Source: an uncultured virus (IMG/VR IMGVR_UViG_3300037153_000398) (Duplodnaviria; Heunggongvirae; Uroviricota; Caudoviricetes). From it: 64,000 bases of DNA. Of the stretch, positions 46,022 through 55,186 are shown piece by piece. Every line of letters begins with the position of its first letter. Within the stretch, counting starts at the first letter, position 1. The position numbers were made by a program, and so were the translations under genes. Location: IMG/VR virus record IMGVR_UViG_3300037153_000398; one strand, given 5' to 3'. Below the pieces are notes generated by a model. It was given only the letters and a program-made list of their open reading frames with translations. It was not told where the DNA came from and did not search any database.

Positions 46022-48729
46022 GGCGCTTCGCCTATCGTTTCAGGATGCGGCGCACGCGGGCCGCTGTTCGCGTACTGCATCTGCGTGCTGCGGTTCATCG
46101 TCACGTTCTTGAAGAGCGAGCCGGTCACGTCATGACTGACTCGCGTGCCCTGCGGCGCGTGAACGTTGACGGTGACATGGCCGTCCGCGCTGACGTGGTG
46201 CGCAGCGCCGCCGCCTTGAGCCGCCCCCGCATGGCTGCGGTCGAGCGCGCTGCGCGCTTCACGAATGCCGCCGTCCCTGCCGGTCGGCGACCATTCGAAA
46301 TGGCCCCAATCGAAGGACGCCAGATTTTTCATGTGATGGCGCGCCTGGATTTCAGCAAACTCTTTCGGATGCTCTTGCGCCCAATGGAATAGAGCCGGGC
46401 TGTTATCGAAGCCGTGACCGAAGCCCGTCTCAATATCGACGGCGTTGCCGAAGGCGTGTTGCGACCAGCCATGCCCGCCGCGTTTTTGTCTTGGGCTGAA
46501 GACGCCGGAAAAGTTTTTCAGCGGCGCGCCGGCCCCGTGCAGATCGTTGATAAAGCCGGCGATGTCGTCGGCCGCGTATTTGTTTGCTGTTATTTTGCCG
46601 GCTGCGGTGCTCCGCGTGACCATGTCCTGCATCGAGCCGGGATGCACGTCGAAGCCCATCGCTCGCGCACGCGCGCTGCCCATGAAATTGAAGCCGCCGA
46701 CGCCGCTGTATCCGGTGTCGTGGCCAGCGCCGCCGCCGCCGCCGAGCGCCGCCCCGATGTCCTGCGTCGTCCAGTGCTGCGGCACGCCGCCAGCGGCCGG
46801 GGCCGCGCCCGGATCGTGATACTGAGAAAGGAAGCGCCGGCCGGCCGCGACACGCGCACCGAAGGTGTTGGTCGCGTAACCCTCGAAGCGCCGGCCTTGC
46901 TGTTCAAGCGCGCCCATGTCGTGACTGGCGACGGCGTTGTGGCCGAAGCGACCACGGAATTCCTTGTCGAGATAGTCCATCTGCACTTCAGGATCGCGCC
47001 AATCCTTGCCTTGCGACTGCGCGAAGTGCTGCAGCGCGCGGGCACGCTCGTTGTGCCACTGCACCATGCCGATGGACGTGCCCCGGTCGCCGATAGTGCC
47101 GGGGTTGAAACCGCTTTCTTGATTGACGTTGCCGGCCATCATAGCGGCGGCTTCCTTCGACCAGCCGCGCCGCATCATCCCGGTCATGAAAGCGTTCGCG
47201 CCGCCGCCTGCGCCGCCACTGGCGCGCGCGCCGCTGCCGCCGCCACCGCCGAGCCCGCCGAGCCCGCCACCGGCATCGCCGCCGCGAGCCCCGCCGCCAA
47301 CACCGATGTTGCCGCCGCCGCTCGGCGTGCCGCCCAAGTGACTGACGCCCGATGGCGCGCCGTCGCCGCCGCCACCACCGCCAGCACCGCCGCCACCGGG
47401 AGCCCCGCCGCCAGCACCGCCGCCCGCGCCGTGACCGAAGCCGATCAAACCTTCGAGATTGTTGTTCAGCTCGCGCAATTGCTCGTTCAATTCGCGAAGC
47501 GAGTCTCGCGTCTGCTGCGCGGTGTAAGGATCGCTTGCGCCCTGCGCCGTCGCGGCCGGGACAACGGCTTCGCCGCGATGGAGCATCGCCAGCATGTCCT
47601 GCGGCACATACGTCGTGCCGTGCTGAAAGCCCGGTATGGGCGAGCCCATCTTGCCGAGCGCACGCGAGAGCCAGTCGCCGACTGTATGGCCGGGCTTCCA
47701 CCAAGACGGCGGGTTGTTTTCCTGAATCAGCTTCTCGCGCTGTGTCTCGAAGTCCGGCTTGCCGACGTGCTGCCAGAGGCCCTGTGTCCTTTCCAGATCG
47801 TCAGCGGTCGACTTGGCAAAGCCCGCGATACCCTGCATCGCTTTGTAGAGCGGCGAGTCCTCGCTGATCGCCGGGGATACCAGCGCGTCTCTGATGCGCT
47901 CCCAACTTGTTGCAATGTCGGTCGAGACGCCCCGAAACTTTTCGGCGGCGCGGATGCGCTCTTCCGCCCTCTGCTGTTCTTCGGCGGTCGCGTTCTTAAA
48001 CTGATAGTCGGTGCCGACCACGCGCATGATGTCCGGCACGCCCAACGCCTGCGCCGCCGAGCGCGCTTCAGCGATGCCGCGCAACGCATCGCCGCGCTTG
48101 CGCCAGCCCTCTTCGACGAATTCGAGTTGCTTTTTGATTTCGTTGAGATAGGCGGCGGTGTCGCCGCGCTTCTCCTGCAGCCGGTTGAGAAACTGCATCC
48201 AGGCCGGCGCGTCGGCACCCGTGCCCATCATGAACCGCTGGCGGATTTCGCTGAAGGATCGGCCCAGGTCGGCCATCGTCTTGCCGGCCTCAGAGGCAAT
48301 GTCGGTCACATCATTGAGCCCCAGGCCGTACTTCTGCAGCGCGTCGGCGTTGAGCTTTAGCGTCGCCGCATCCATCCCGGTGCCGCGCGCCGACGTTGCG
48401 AGCCTTTCCTGCCCCTTGGCGAAGTCGTCGAGCGCCTTCACTGCGCCGAACGTCGCAAGGCCGAAGCTGCCGACCGCGACTCCCATCGCGCCGAAGCCGC
48501 GCACCCATCCGAGCATCGCTTCCGGCCCCTTGGTGATGGAGCCGACCAGCTCGTTCATCTTTTTGGTCAGATCGGCGACGTTCTGACTCAGTTTTTCCGT
48601 GCCGCCGCCACCGCCGCTGCTGCTGCCAAGCTCTTTCAACGAGCCCTTCAGCTTGTCGATTTGGCCAGTGACTTGATCGATGCCATCGACCGAAACAACG
48701 AGCTTCAGTGATTCTGTTTCATCAGCCAT
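46018..48729 (-). CDS. tape measure protein with phage tail lysozyme and M15 peptidase domains
   Basis: Helical N-terminus; GWSKEAAAMMAGNVNQESGFNP...GMVQW; SQHAFGNAVDI...DWGHFE. Confidence 0.85.
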   Translation of the reverse strand: MADETESLKLVVSVDGIDQVTGQIDKLKGSLKELGSSSGGGGGTEKLSQNVADLTKKMNELVGSITKGPEAMLGWVRGFGAMGVAVGSFGLATFGAVKALDDFAKGQERLATSARGTGMDAATLKLNADALQKYGLGLNDVTDIASEAGKTMADLGRSFSEIRQRFMMGTGADAPAWMQFLNRLQEKRGDTAAYLNEIKKQLEFVEEGWRKRGDALRGIAEARSAAQALGVPDIMRVVGTDYQFKNATAEEQQRAEERIRAAEKFRGVSTDIATSWERIRDALVSPAISEDSPLYKAMQGIAGFAKSTADDLERTQGLWQHVGKPDFETQREKLIQENNPPSWWKPGHTVGDWLSRALGKMGSPIPGFQHGTTYVPQDMLAMLHRGEAVVPAATAQGASDPYTAQQTRDSLRELNEQLRELNNNLEGLIGFGHGAGGGAGGGAPGGGGAGGGGGGDGAPSGVSHLGGTPSGGGNIGVGGGARGGDAGGGLGGLGGGGGSGARASGGAGGGANAFMTGMMRRGWSKEAAAMMAGNVNQESGFNPGTIGDRGTSIGMVQWHNERARALQHFAQSQGKDWRDPEVQMDYLDKEFRGRFGHNAVASHDMGALEQQGRRFEGYATNTFGARVAAGRRFLSQYHDPGAAPAAGGVPQHWTTQDIGAALGGGGGAGHDTGYSGVGGFNFMGSARARAMGFDVHPGSMQDMVTRSTAAGKITANKYAADDIAGFINDLHGAGAPLKNFSGVFSPRQKRGGHGWSQHAFGNAVDIETGFGHGFDNSPALFHWAQEHPKEFAEIQARHHMKNLASFDWGHFEWSPTGRDGGIREARSALDRSHAGAAQGGGAAHHVSADGHVTVNVHAPQGTRVSHDVTGSLFKNVTMNRSTQMQYANSGPRAPHPETIGEAP

Positions 48730-48919
48730 CGGCAGCTTCCGCAGCTTGAAGACGACGGAGCTGCCCCGTGCGCAACAGGTGCCGCCTCACGTCGTCTATC
48801 GGCATGGCGAGAAAAACTTCGGGATTTTGGTGATACACTTCGGCGAGCCGGTAGCAGTCGAGAACGATGTTCTCTTCGTCGCCCGCTACCAAGCCAGCGC
48901 CGGCTCCGGAAGAAAAAAA
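48722..48919 (-). CDS. tail assembly chaperone extension produced by -1 frameshift
   Basis: Slippery T TTT TTT at 48919-48913; -1 frame reads ...VAGDEENIVLDCYRLAEVYHQNPEVFLAMP...ADG* ending at the TMP start. Confidence 0.8.
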   Translation of the reverse strand, partial: FFSSGAGAGLVAGDEENIVLDCYRLAEVYHQNPEVFLAMPIDDVRRHLLRTGQLRRLQAAEAADG

Positions 48920-49356
48920 GGGCGAAGCCGGTAGGCCGCCGAATTCCAGTCGCGCGTTTCAAGTGTCTCGATGACCGGCGAGAGCACGCCCGACAAGGCG
49001 GCCATCATCAAGGTCATCTTGTTTTCATCGATGATGGTGTCGCCGTCCTTGTTGATCCGCACCGGGTTGCCGTAGCGATTGATGTCGCCAGCAGTCGGCG
49101 CGCGGAAGGTCAGGGCTTCGACGTACTCGTTGCGGTGATTGCGGATCGGCTTTGAGTGAATGAGCTTCACCGTGAGCGGCCACACCACTTCGACGGGCTT
49201 GTCTTCCGGCTCCGGTGCGGCAAGCGGCTCCGCTTCGCCGGGCGGCGGCGACGGCGGCGGCTCGACCGCAGCCGGCCGACGCGCGACGGCGGGACCGGGC
49301 TGCTGATCGCGGTCGCGCGGTTCGACGAAGCCTTCGCGTTGGGCGGTTACTGCCAT
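48886..49356 (-). CDS. tail assembly chaperone (Mu gp41/P2 E-like)
   Basis: LTFRAPTAGD...ALSGV...DW...PFF. Confidence 0.85.
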   Translation of the reverse strand: MAVTAQREGFVEPRDRDQQPGPAVARRPAAVEPPPSPPPGEAEPLAAPEPEDKPVEVVWPLTVKLIHSKPIRNHRNEYVEALTFRAPTAGDINRYGNPVRINKDGDTIIDENKMTLMMAALSGVLSPVIETLETRDWNSAAYRLRPFFLPEPALAW

Positions 49357-49715
49357 GTGGTTTCCTCACAGGACAGCCCTTCCCAACGGACGCGGATTTG
49401 TCCGTCGCGGGCGTTCTCTTCGAGGTTTGCCTTGCATGTCGCGCCGACCAGCGAATACTGCCGGCCATTGGCGAGCTGCGCGATGACGTTGACATCGGTC
49501 TGCGCGACCAACGTGTCGACCGACACACCGGGCAGCGCCGAGATGTCGCCTTCGATGAACGGGACGCGCGGCAATTCCTGATAACCGTGAATGCCGTCTT
49601 GTCCCGCGATCATCGTGCGCTCCCACACGCTCGGTGAGACTGTGAAGTTGCCGCGCAAGGGAAGCTGCTGGCCGTCGACATAGACGTATGCCGTGCCAGC
49701 GAAACGCTGTGCCAT
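49347..49715 (-). CDS. tail tube protein (Mu M-like)
   Basis: AGTAYVYVDG...GQDGIHGYQELP...LANG...VRWEG. Confidence 0.9.
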   Translation of the reverse strand: MAQRFAGTAYVYVDGQQLPLRGNFTVSPSVWERTMIAGQDGIHGYQELPRVPFIEGDISALPGVSVDTLVAQTDVNVIAQLANGRQYSLVGATCKANLEENARDGQIRVRWEGLSCEETTWQ

Positions 49716-49795
49716 AGCGATCCTCCATTTTCAGAGAAGAGAGAGCGAAGCTGGTCCGGTTCGTGAGCGCCTTGGCCGGTCGGCGCGCGCGGGCG

Positions 49796-51358
49796 TCAGC
49801 CGGTCGGCAGCGTGCCCGTGAAGCCGACAGTCGGGCCGACGACGGCGGTGTCGAGGCCCAGGTCGTACTGCAGGCGGAATTGCGCGAGCACCGCGAAGAC
49901 GCGCAATTGATTGATCAGGTCGGGCGGGTAGAGCACGTTCAAGCGGTTCGGGTCGTTCGGGTCGCGCTCGACCAAAAGGTTCGCCTTGAACGCCTCGATA
50001 TTCTCGACCAAGCCGTTGAACATGTCGATGCGGTACTCGGCGATCAGCTCGGCCTTGACGACGCCGGGCGTGACGATGGCTTGCCCAGGTCCGAAGCGGG
50101 TGCCGTCGTCGGCGAGCTTGCAACGCGGGAATTTGGTGGTGATCGCGTTGCGCTGATTGCGGATCAGCCGCGCCAAGGTGGCCAAGGTCGTGACCAGCTC
50201 GTAGGCACTGTCAGGGAAGCCGTACAGGTCGAGCTGATAGGTGGTCGTCTCCCGGCTGATCATCGGCTGATTGTCAGCACCGGCCTTTTGCGTGGCGATG
50301 CCGTTCAACGCCAGCGAATTCATTTCGTCGACGTTGAAGCGATCCTGCAGCGGCGCGAGCTTGATTTGACCGAGCGACAAGGTCTGCAGCGGCCGGGCCG
50401 GATCGTTGGTCAGCGCGCGCTGCGCCATCGCCGTGTAGGCCGCGACCCACTCGTAGACCGGCGACGGACTTGTCACTTCGACGCCCATGATCGAAGTCAC
50501 GCCGTTGTTGCGCGTGTTGCCGAAGCTGATCAGGTTCGGATAGGTGTCGCGCTTGGCGCTGAAGAGATGACCGAAGAGCTGGCGTTTCCATCCCCACCGG
50601 CCCTGATCGGTGAAGCCGTATTCCAGCTCCCATTCCATCAGGCTCGTGGAGTCGCTGTACGGCAGCGCGACGTACTCGAAACTCTTCTCGCCGAGCGCCG
50701 AGATGCCGTCCGTGAAATTCGGCAGGCCCGCGCCGCCCGAGAGCGTTTGCGGCATGGTCAGGGTCAAGCCGAGCGGCATCACTTCGCCGCCGATGGAGCC
50801 GTAGTAATTCAGGTCCAGGCGGATGTCGTTGCCGCTGACGCCGCCCCACTTTGCCGTGACGGTGACGGTATCGGTCACGACCGTTGCTTCGACCGGCAGG
50901 TCGGGCTGCGAATTGATCGCGTCTTCGATGGCCATTGCGACATCGGCGACGGTGTCAGACGCCGCGATGGTGATGCCCTGCACCAACTCGCCGCCGATGT
51001 AGAGCGACACTGTGCCGGCTTCGGTCGGCGGCGTCGCCACCTGAATGTCAGCGGTCGCGGGCGTGCTGGCGGCCGGCTCGGGCACGCCGAGCCCCCACAC
51101 TTCGTTCGCGAAGTTGTTGTTGAAAAACGAACGGAACATTCGCGAAAGCTCGCTGCCCTGTCCGTAGGCTTTGTCGGCCTGCGCCTGTGTGCCGATGGCG
51201 ATGGGCACGTTCGGCACGGCGTCGCCGTCCGCGTTCATGACGCCGACCAGCAGCGACGGTTGAACGATCAGTGGCAGGCCGGCCATCGACGGGTCGACTT
51301 CGACCCAATAGAGCGGGATTTTCAGATTCGACGGGATGTTGCTGAACGAGATAGGCAT
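49796..51358 (-). CDS. contractile tail sheath protein (Mu L-like)
   Basis: ISFSNIPSNLKIPLYWVE...DPARPLQTL...KLADDGTRFGPGQAIVTP...PDLINQLRVFA. Confidence 0.95.
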   Translation of the reverse strand: MPISFSNIPSNLKIPLYWVEVDPSMAGLPLIVQPSLLVGVMNADGDAVPNVPIAIGTQAQADKAYGQGSELSRMFRSFFNNNFANEVWGLGVPEPAASTPATADIQVATPPTEAGTVSLYIGGELVQGITIAASDTVADVAMAIEDAINSQPDLPVEATVVTDTVTVTAKWGGVSGNDIRLDLNYYGSIGGEVMPLGLTLTMPQTLSGGAGLPNFTDGISALGEKSFEYVALPYSDSTSLMEWELEYGFTDQGRWGWKRQLFGHLFSAKRDTYPNLISFGNTRNNGVTSIMGVEVTSPSPVYEWVAAYTAMAQRALTNDPARPLQTLSLGQIKLAPLQDRFNVDEMNSLALNGIATQKAGADNQPMISRETTTYQLDLYGFPDSAYELVTTLATLARLIRNQRNAITTKFPRCKLADDGTRFGPGQAIVTPGVVKAELIAEYRIDMFNGLVENIEAFKANLLVERDPNDPNRLNVLYPPDLINQLRVFAVLAQFRLQYDLGLDTAVVGPTVGFTGTLPTG

Positions 51359-51405
51359 GGGATTGCTCCTTGATGTCGGGAGTGGCGGCCCGCGCGCTCG
51401 CGCGC

Positions 51406-51753
51406 TTACGGCTGATGCGCAGCCGGGGCGGCCGGATGCGGCTTGCCGCCGTGCGGCTTGTCGGCCGGCTTGTTGGCTTCGGCCTTGTCTTCGACCTTGA
51501 CCGAACCATCGGCGATGCGGCGCTGCGTGAATTTGTCCAGCGGCCATTCGACCGATCCGCTCGACCTGAAAGCCATGCCGTTCGGATGCTTGAGGACTCG
51601 CCGCAACTCATCGGTCGCCGGCACGACGCGCACGCGCGGGACTTCATTGCTCTTTCGGATGGCTTCGAGCCGCGCCTTGCGCGCCGCCTGTTGCCGAGTT
51701 TGCGGGCGCGCGCCTTGTGAACGCGGGGCCGCCTGCTGTCTGACTTCGACCAT
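51406..51753 (-). CDS. small tail protein upstream of sheath (DUF2635-like)
   Basis: LKHPNG...WPLDKFTQRRIADGSV; GGAGG RBS. Confidence 0.7.
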   Translation of the reverse strand: MVEVRQQAAPRSQGARPQTRQQAARKARLEAIRKSNEVPRVRVVPATDELRRVLKHPNGMAFRSSGSVEWPLDKFTQRRIADGSVKVEDKAEANKPADKPHGGKPHPAAPAAHQP

Positions 51754-52396
51754 GCTGGCCTCCCTTCTGTGCTGTCAGGTCGTAGACGACTTCCACTTGC
51801 TCTACGTCGGCGGGATCGCCGCTGTGATCGCTCGGGAAGTTGGTGGTGACGTTGATCGTGTTGAGGTCGTCGGTGACGGGGACGCCGTACTCGGCGCGAT
51901 AGGTGATCGTCGCTTCGTACTGCAGCTCGGCGGTGTCGGTTTCCTGATTTGAACCGGCAGAGCCCCACAGGTGCTTCCGCGAGCCGCGCGTCACACATTC
52001 GAAGCGCACGTTGTCGGGTGTGCCGGTCGGAACGTGATAGGTCGCGGTGGCGAGCCGATTGGTCACTGACTCGTTGCGCCACAGCCCGTTCATGATCGCC
52101 CAAAACGCGGCATCCAGCGTTTGCTCGGATACCGCGTCGTCGTTGTTGGCGATGATGACCGAGAAGCCGATGCGGCAATTGTGAACGAAGCGAATCTCGC
52201 CCGCGTTGGCGTCGCCGTCCGGCGTCATCGTCTCTTCGACGATGTAGACGCCGAGCAACGGCAGGTCTGGCGTCTGAATCGGCAGGCGGCGATTGCGCTT
52301 GATCGTGTAGCCGCCGAAGAACGGCAGCGCCGCGACCACTTCGAGGAACGCTTCGCGCAGCACCCACGAATAGCTTTGCGTGTCGGTTATCGCCAT
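51644..52396 (-). CDS. tail terminator / tail-completion-like protein
   Basis: Position; DLPLLGVYIVEE motif. Confidence 0.6.
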   Translation of the reverse strand: MAITDTQSYSWVLREAFLEVVAALPFFGGYTIKRNRRLPIQTPDLPLLGVYIVEETMTPDGDANAGEIRFVHNCRIGFSVIIANNDDAVSEQTLDAAFWAIMNGLWRNESVTNRLATATYHVPTGTPDNVRFECVTRGSRKHLWGSAGSNQETDTAELQYEATITYRAEYGVPVTDDLNTINVTTNFPSDHSGDPADVEQVEVVYDLTAQKGGQHGRSQTAGGPAFTRRAPANSATGGAQGAARSHPKEQ

Positions 52397-52773
52397 TGCA
52401 TCGCCTTATCGAGCAGCGCGTTCATGCGCTCGCACAGCTTGTCGAACAGCTCGGGGCGCAGGATTGGCCTGGTGCTCGGCACGCGCGGTAGGTGCGGCCG
52501 ATAAACCTTGGTGCCGCGTCGCGCGCGCATCTGACCGACGAGTCGCTGCAGCGGGCGCTTCCATTTGCTCGGCAGCCGCGAGCGCGGATAGATCATCGTG
52601 TACGCAGTCGAGTCGTCGGCGACTTCGGTGTCGGGGTACTTGCGGCCCATGTCCTCGACCTGCCAGTCGGCCAGCTCGGCAGGCATGGCTTGCTTCAGCG
52701 CCTCGACCTGTTGCTCGTAGGCGTCGAGCTTTTTGGTCAGCGATGACGTGTCAACGTCGAAGCGGAATTGCAC
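52387..52773 (-). CDS. neck / tail-completion protein
   Basis: Position; TRPILRP. Confidence 0.6.
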   Translation of the reverse strand: MQFRFDVDTSSLTKKLDAYEQQVEALKQAMPAELADWQVEDMGRKYPDTEVADDSTAYTMIYPRSRLPSKWKRPLQRLVGQMRARRGTKVYRPHLPRVPSTRPILRPELFDKLCERMNALLDKAMQWR

Positions 52774-53119
52774 CGACCAGCTTCCGGATTTGCAGCGTGA
52801 TTTCGCCGCCGCCGTTGTGCCAGACGTTGACGATTTCGAAGTCGCCGCGCGCGCGGACGTTGCCGTCCTTCGGAATGTTGACGAAGTCGCCCCGCACCGG
52901 GAGCACGTCGAATTCCTCTTCGCGGATGTCGAGCGTGGTCGTCTGGTCGGAAATGATGGTGTTGTTCTCGGCGAGATATTGCGTCGTATCCGAGTGGTAG
53001 ATGCCGCGATTGGTGTAGGCCGCCGCGCCCGGCTGCGACGCGGCCGGCGTGATCACGATGGGCCGCGCGAACATGTCGAAGTTCGGCAGATAGATCAGCG
53101 TCGAGTAATCGATGCCCAT
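52751..53119 (-). CDS. head-tail joining (head closure) protein
   Basis: Position; LDIR..EF...P.RGD. Confidence 0.65.
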   Translation of the reverse strand: MGIDYSTLIYLPNFDMFARPIVITPAASQPGAAAYTNRGIYHSDTTQYLAENNTIISDQTTTLDIREEEFDVLPVRGDFVNIPKDGNVRARGDFEIVNVWHNGGGEITLQIRKLVGAIPLRR

Positions 53120-53124
53120 TGCCG

Positions 53125-53751
53125 TCACACCTGAAAGCGGACGTAGTGCATGAGCAGCGCGTTCGCGGCCGTCGTCGCCCATCCGAAGCCCTCGCGCTTC
53201 GTCAAGAGCGTCAAGGGATCGAAGAACATCACGCGCGCTTCCTTGTGCATCAGCGAGCGGATGCCGCTCGTGAGCAGCCGCGCCGCCAAGGCTTGCGACT
53301 CGCGGATCATCAGCTCGGTGGCTTCCTTCAGCGCAGGCGGCGCGTCGTCGGGCAGGTTGAAGCCGCCCGTGTAGGTGACGACGATGGGCTCGCTCCGCGC
53401 CTGCAGCAGCTCGATCTTCGCCGACGCTTCCTCGATTTCGTATTGCGACGGGTCGAGGACATAGCCGCGCGGGCATTCGACCGACTCGACATCGGTTTCG
53501 GCGACGGGGAAGTGCCCGAGAAAAATGCGCTGGCAGCCAAGCTCGCGCCACGTCTCCATCATGCGCTCGCGCGCGAATACGCGATTGCAGGTCCGCGACA
53601 CGACATCGGAGAACCGCGTTATCTGCTGCGAAAGCTGCGCGTCTTGCGACGTGTCATCCGGGTCAATCTGCATCGCGACTTTCAGCTCTTCGAGCGAAAG
53701 CAGGTCGTAGGTCTTGGCCTTGGTCAGCACCTTCTCGATGATGTCGGCCAT
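53125..53751 (-). CDS. head-tail adaptor (gp6/phiE125 gp8-like)
   Basis: LLSLEELK...CNRVF...VVTYTGGF..P..LKEA. Confidence 0.8.
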   Translation of the reverse strand: MADIIEKVLTKAKTYDLLSLEELKVAMQIDPDDTSQDAQLSQQITRFSDVVSRTCNRVFARERMMETWRELGCQRIFLGHFPVAETDVESVECPRGYVLDPSQYEIEEASAKIELLQARSEPIVVTYTGGFNLPDDAPPALKEATELMIRESQALAARLLTSGIRSLMHKEARVMFFDPLTLLTKREGFGWATTAANALLMHYVRFQV

Positions 53752-53752
53752 G

Positions 53753-55186
53753 TCACCCGCGCTCGTTCTGGAATTGCTCGAACAGGCCGCGCAGCGACAG
53801 CGGCGGCCCTTCGCGGCCATCGGACAGGATCGGCGTCGCCGTATAGGCCGCGCGGTCGAGCTGCCAGTTGGTGATGCTCGGCGCTGGCGTGCCGGGCTCG
53901 CCGCGCTCGCCTTTCTCGCCGCGCTCGCCGGGCAGCCCGCGCTGACCGGGCAGGCCCTTGTCGCCGCGCACGCCATGCGCGGTTAGGAGCTGCCAGCCGT
54001 CGCCGGGACACGCACCCGGATCGTCGCGCCGGGCGATGAAGCTGCCCTTGTTGAAGGCGACGATGTCCAGCTCGCGGTAGCTCTGATCGGCGCTGAAGGT
54101 GCCGCGCACGCGCGGCGAGTTGCCGTTGCGGCCGGCGACCGCGAGGCAAAGCCAGTCAGGATGTGGAATGCCTTGGGCGGTGTCGCACCGCGCCTGGAAC
54201 GTCCCAAGCTCGCACGCGACGACTTCACCTTCGTAAAAGATATTCCCGTTCGTGAATGCCTTGACCGCTGGCAGCGCACCGGGCGCACCGCGCTCGCCGC
54301 GTTCGCCGCGCTCGCCGTCTTTGCCGTCGCGACCGTCCGCGCCAGATGTGCCTTGCTCGCCCCGCTCGCCGGCAGCTCCGCGCTCGCCAGCGCGGCCGGG
54401 AATTCCCTGCGGGCCGGCTGCACCGCGCTCACCGACAGCCCCAGGCTCGCCAGCAGGCCCTTGCTCGCCGCGCTCGCCGCGCTCGCCTTGAAGGCCACGC
54501 TCTCCATCGCGCCCGCGCTCGCCGTCGCGACCATCGCGGCCGGGCCGACCGATGCCGGCTTCGCCGCGCTCGCCGCGCTCGCCCTTGTCGCCGCGCTCGC
54601 CGGCCGCACCGGGAAGGCCGGGCTCGCCTTGCGCACCGGCTTCGCCTTGCAAGCCGCGCTCGCCCTGCGGACCTTGCTCGCCGCGCTCGCCCTGCGCACC
54701 GGCCTCGCCGCGCTCGCCGGCTTCACCGCGCTCGCCCGGATCGCCGGGCCGTCCCTCGATGCCGCGCACGCCAGCGGGGCCGGACTCGCCGCGCTCGCCG
54801 GCCGGGCCTTGCTCTCCGGGCTCGCCACGGTCGCCAGCCGGACCACGCTCGCCGGGCTCGCCGGGCTCACCATGGTCGCCACGTTCGCCGCGCTCGCCGC
54901 GCTCGCCGGCAGGCCCTTGCGGGCCGGTATCGCCGTTGCGCACCTGCGCCAGCCGGTCAAGCACGTCGCGCGATGTCGTGGCGCGCAGCTCGACGATGGT
55001 GGCGCGCAGCTCGGCGATGGCAGCGTGCGCCTGCGCTTCGATCAGCGCCCGCTCACGCGCCCACTGATCGCGCTCTTCGCGCAGCACGTCACCAAGCGCC
55101 TCGCGCCACGCCTCAAGCAATACGTCGGCGGCGGGACCGGGCGGCGGCTGCAATGACGTTTCGTGCTTCCCGTTGGATGTCGTCAC
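53753..55186 (-). CDS. collagen-repeat head-associated protein
   Basis: Long GER/GEP Gly-X-Y repeats; C-terminal YEGEVV..., RGTF...YRELDIV...GWQLL. Confidence 0.75.
   Translation of the reverse strand: MTTSNGKHETSLQPPPGPAADVLLEAWREALGDVLREERDQWARERALIEAQAHAAIAELRATIVELRATTSRDVLDRLAQVRNGDTGPQGPAGERGERGERGDHGEPGEPGERGPAGDRGEPGEQGPAGERGESGPAGVRGIEGRPGDPGERGEAGERGEAGAQGERGEQGPQGERGLQGEAGAQGEPGLPGAAGERGDKGERGERGEAGIGRPGRDGRDGERGRDGERGLQGERGERGEQGPAGEPGAVGERGAAGPQGIPGRAGERGAAGERGEQGTSGADGRDGKDGERGERGERGAPGALPAVKAFTNGNIFYEGEVVACELGTFQARCDTAQGIPHPDWLCLAVAGRNGNSPRVRGTFSADQSYRELDIVAFNKGSFIARRDDPGACPGDGWQLLTAHGVRGDKGLPGQRGLPGERGEKGERGEPGTPAPSITNWQLDRAAYTATPILSDGREGPPLSLRGLFEQFQNERG

Noticed and set aside
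46414..48360. Long plus-strand ORFs opposite virion and replication genes (also 1877-3298, 49763-51373, 59911-61800)
   Set aside because: Antisense shadows of GC-rich coding strands with no recognisable motifs
48705..48962. Listed 85-aa ORF as the chaperone extension
   Set aside because: Wrong frame; the -1 frame ending at 48722 gives the protein-like product
53900..54940. Tandem CGCTCGCCG-type DNA repeats (also 35580-35950 and 37440-37710) as a CRISPR or other array
   Set aside because: They are Gly-X-Y collagen codons within ORFs, with no constant repeat-spacer structure
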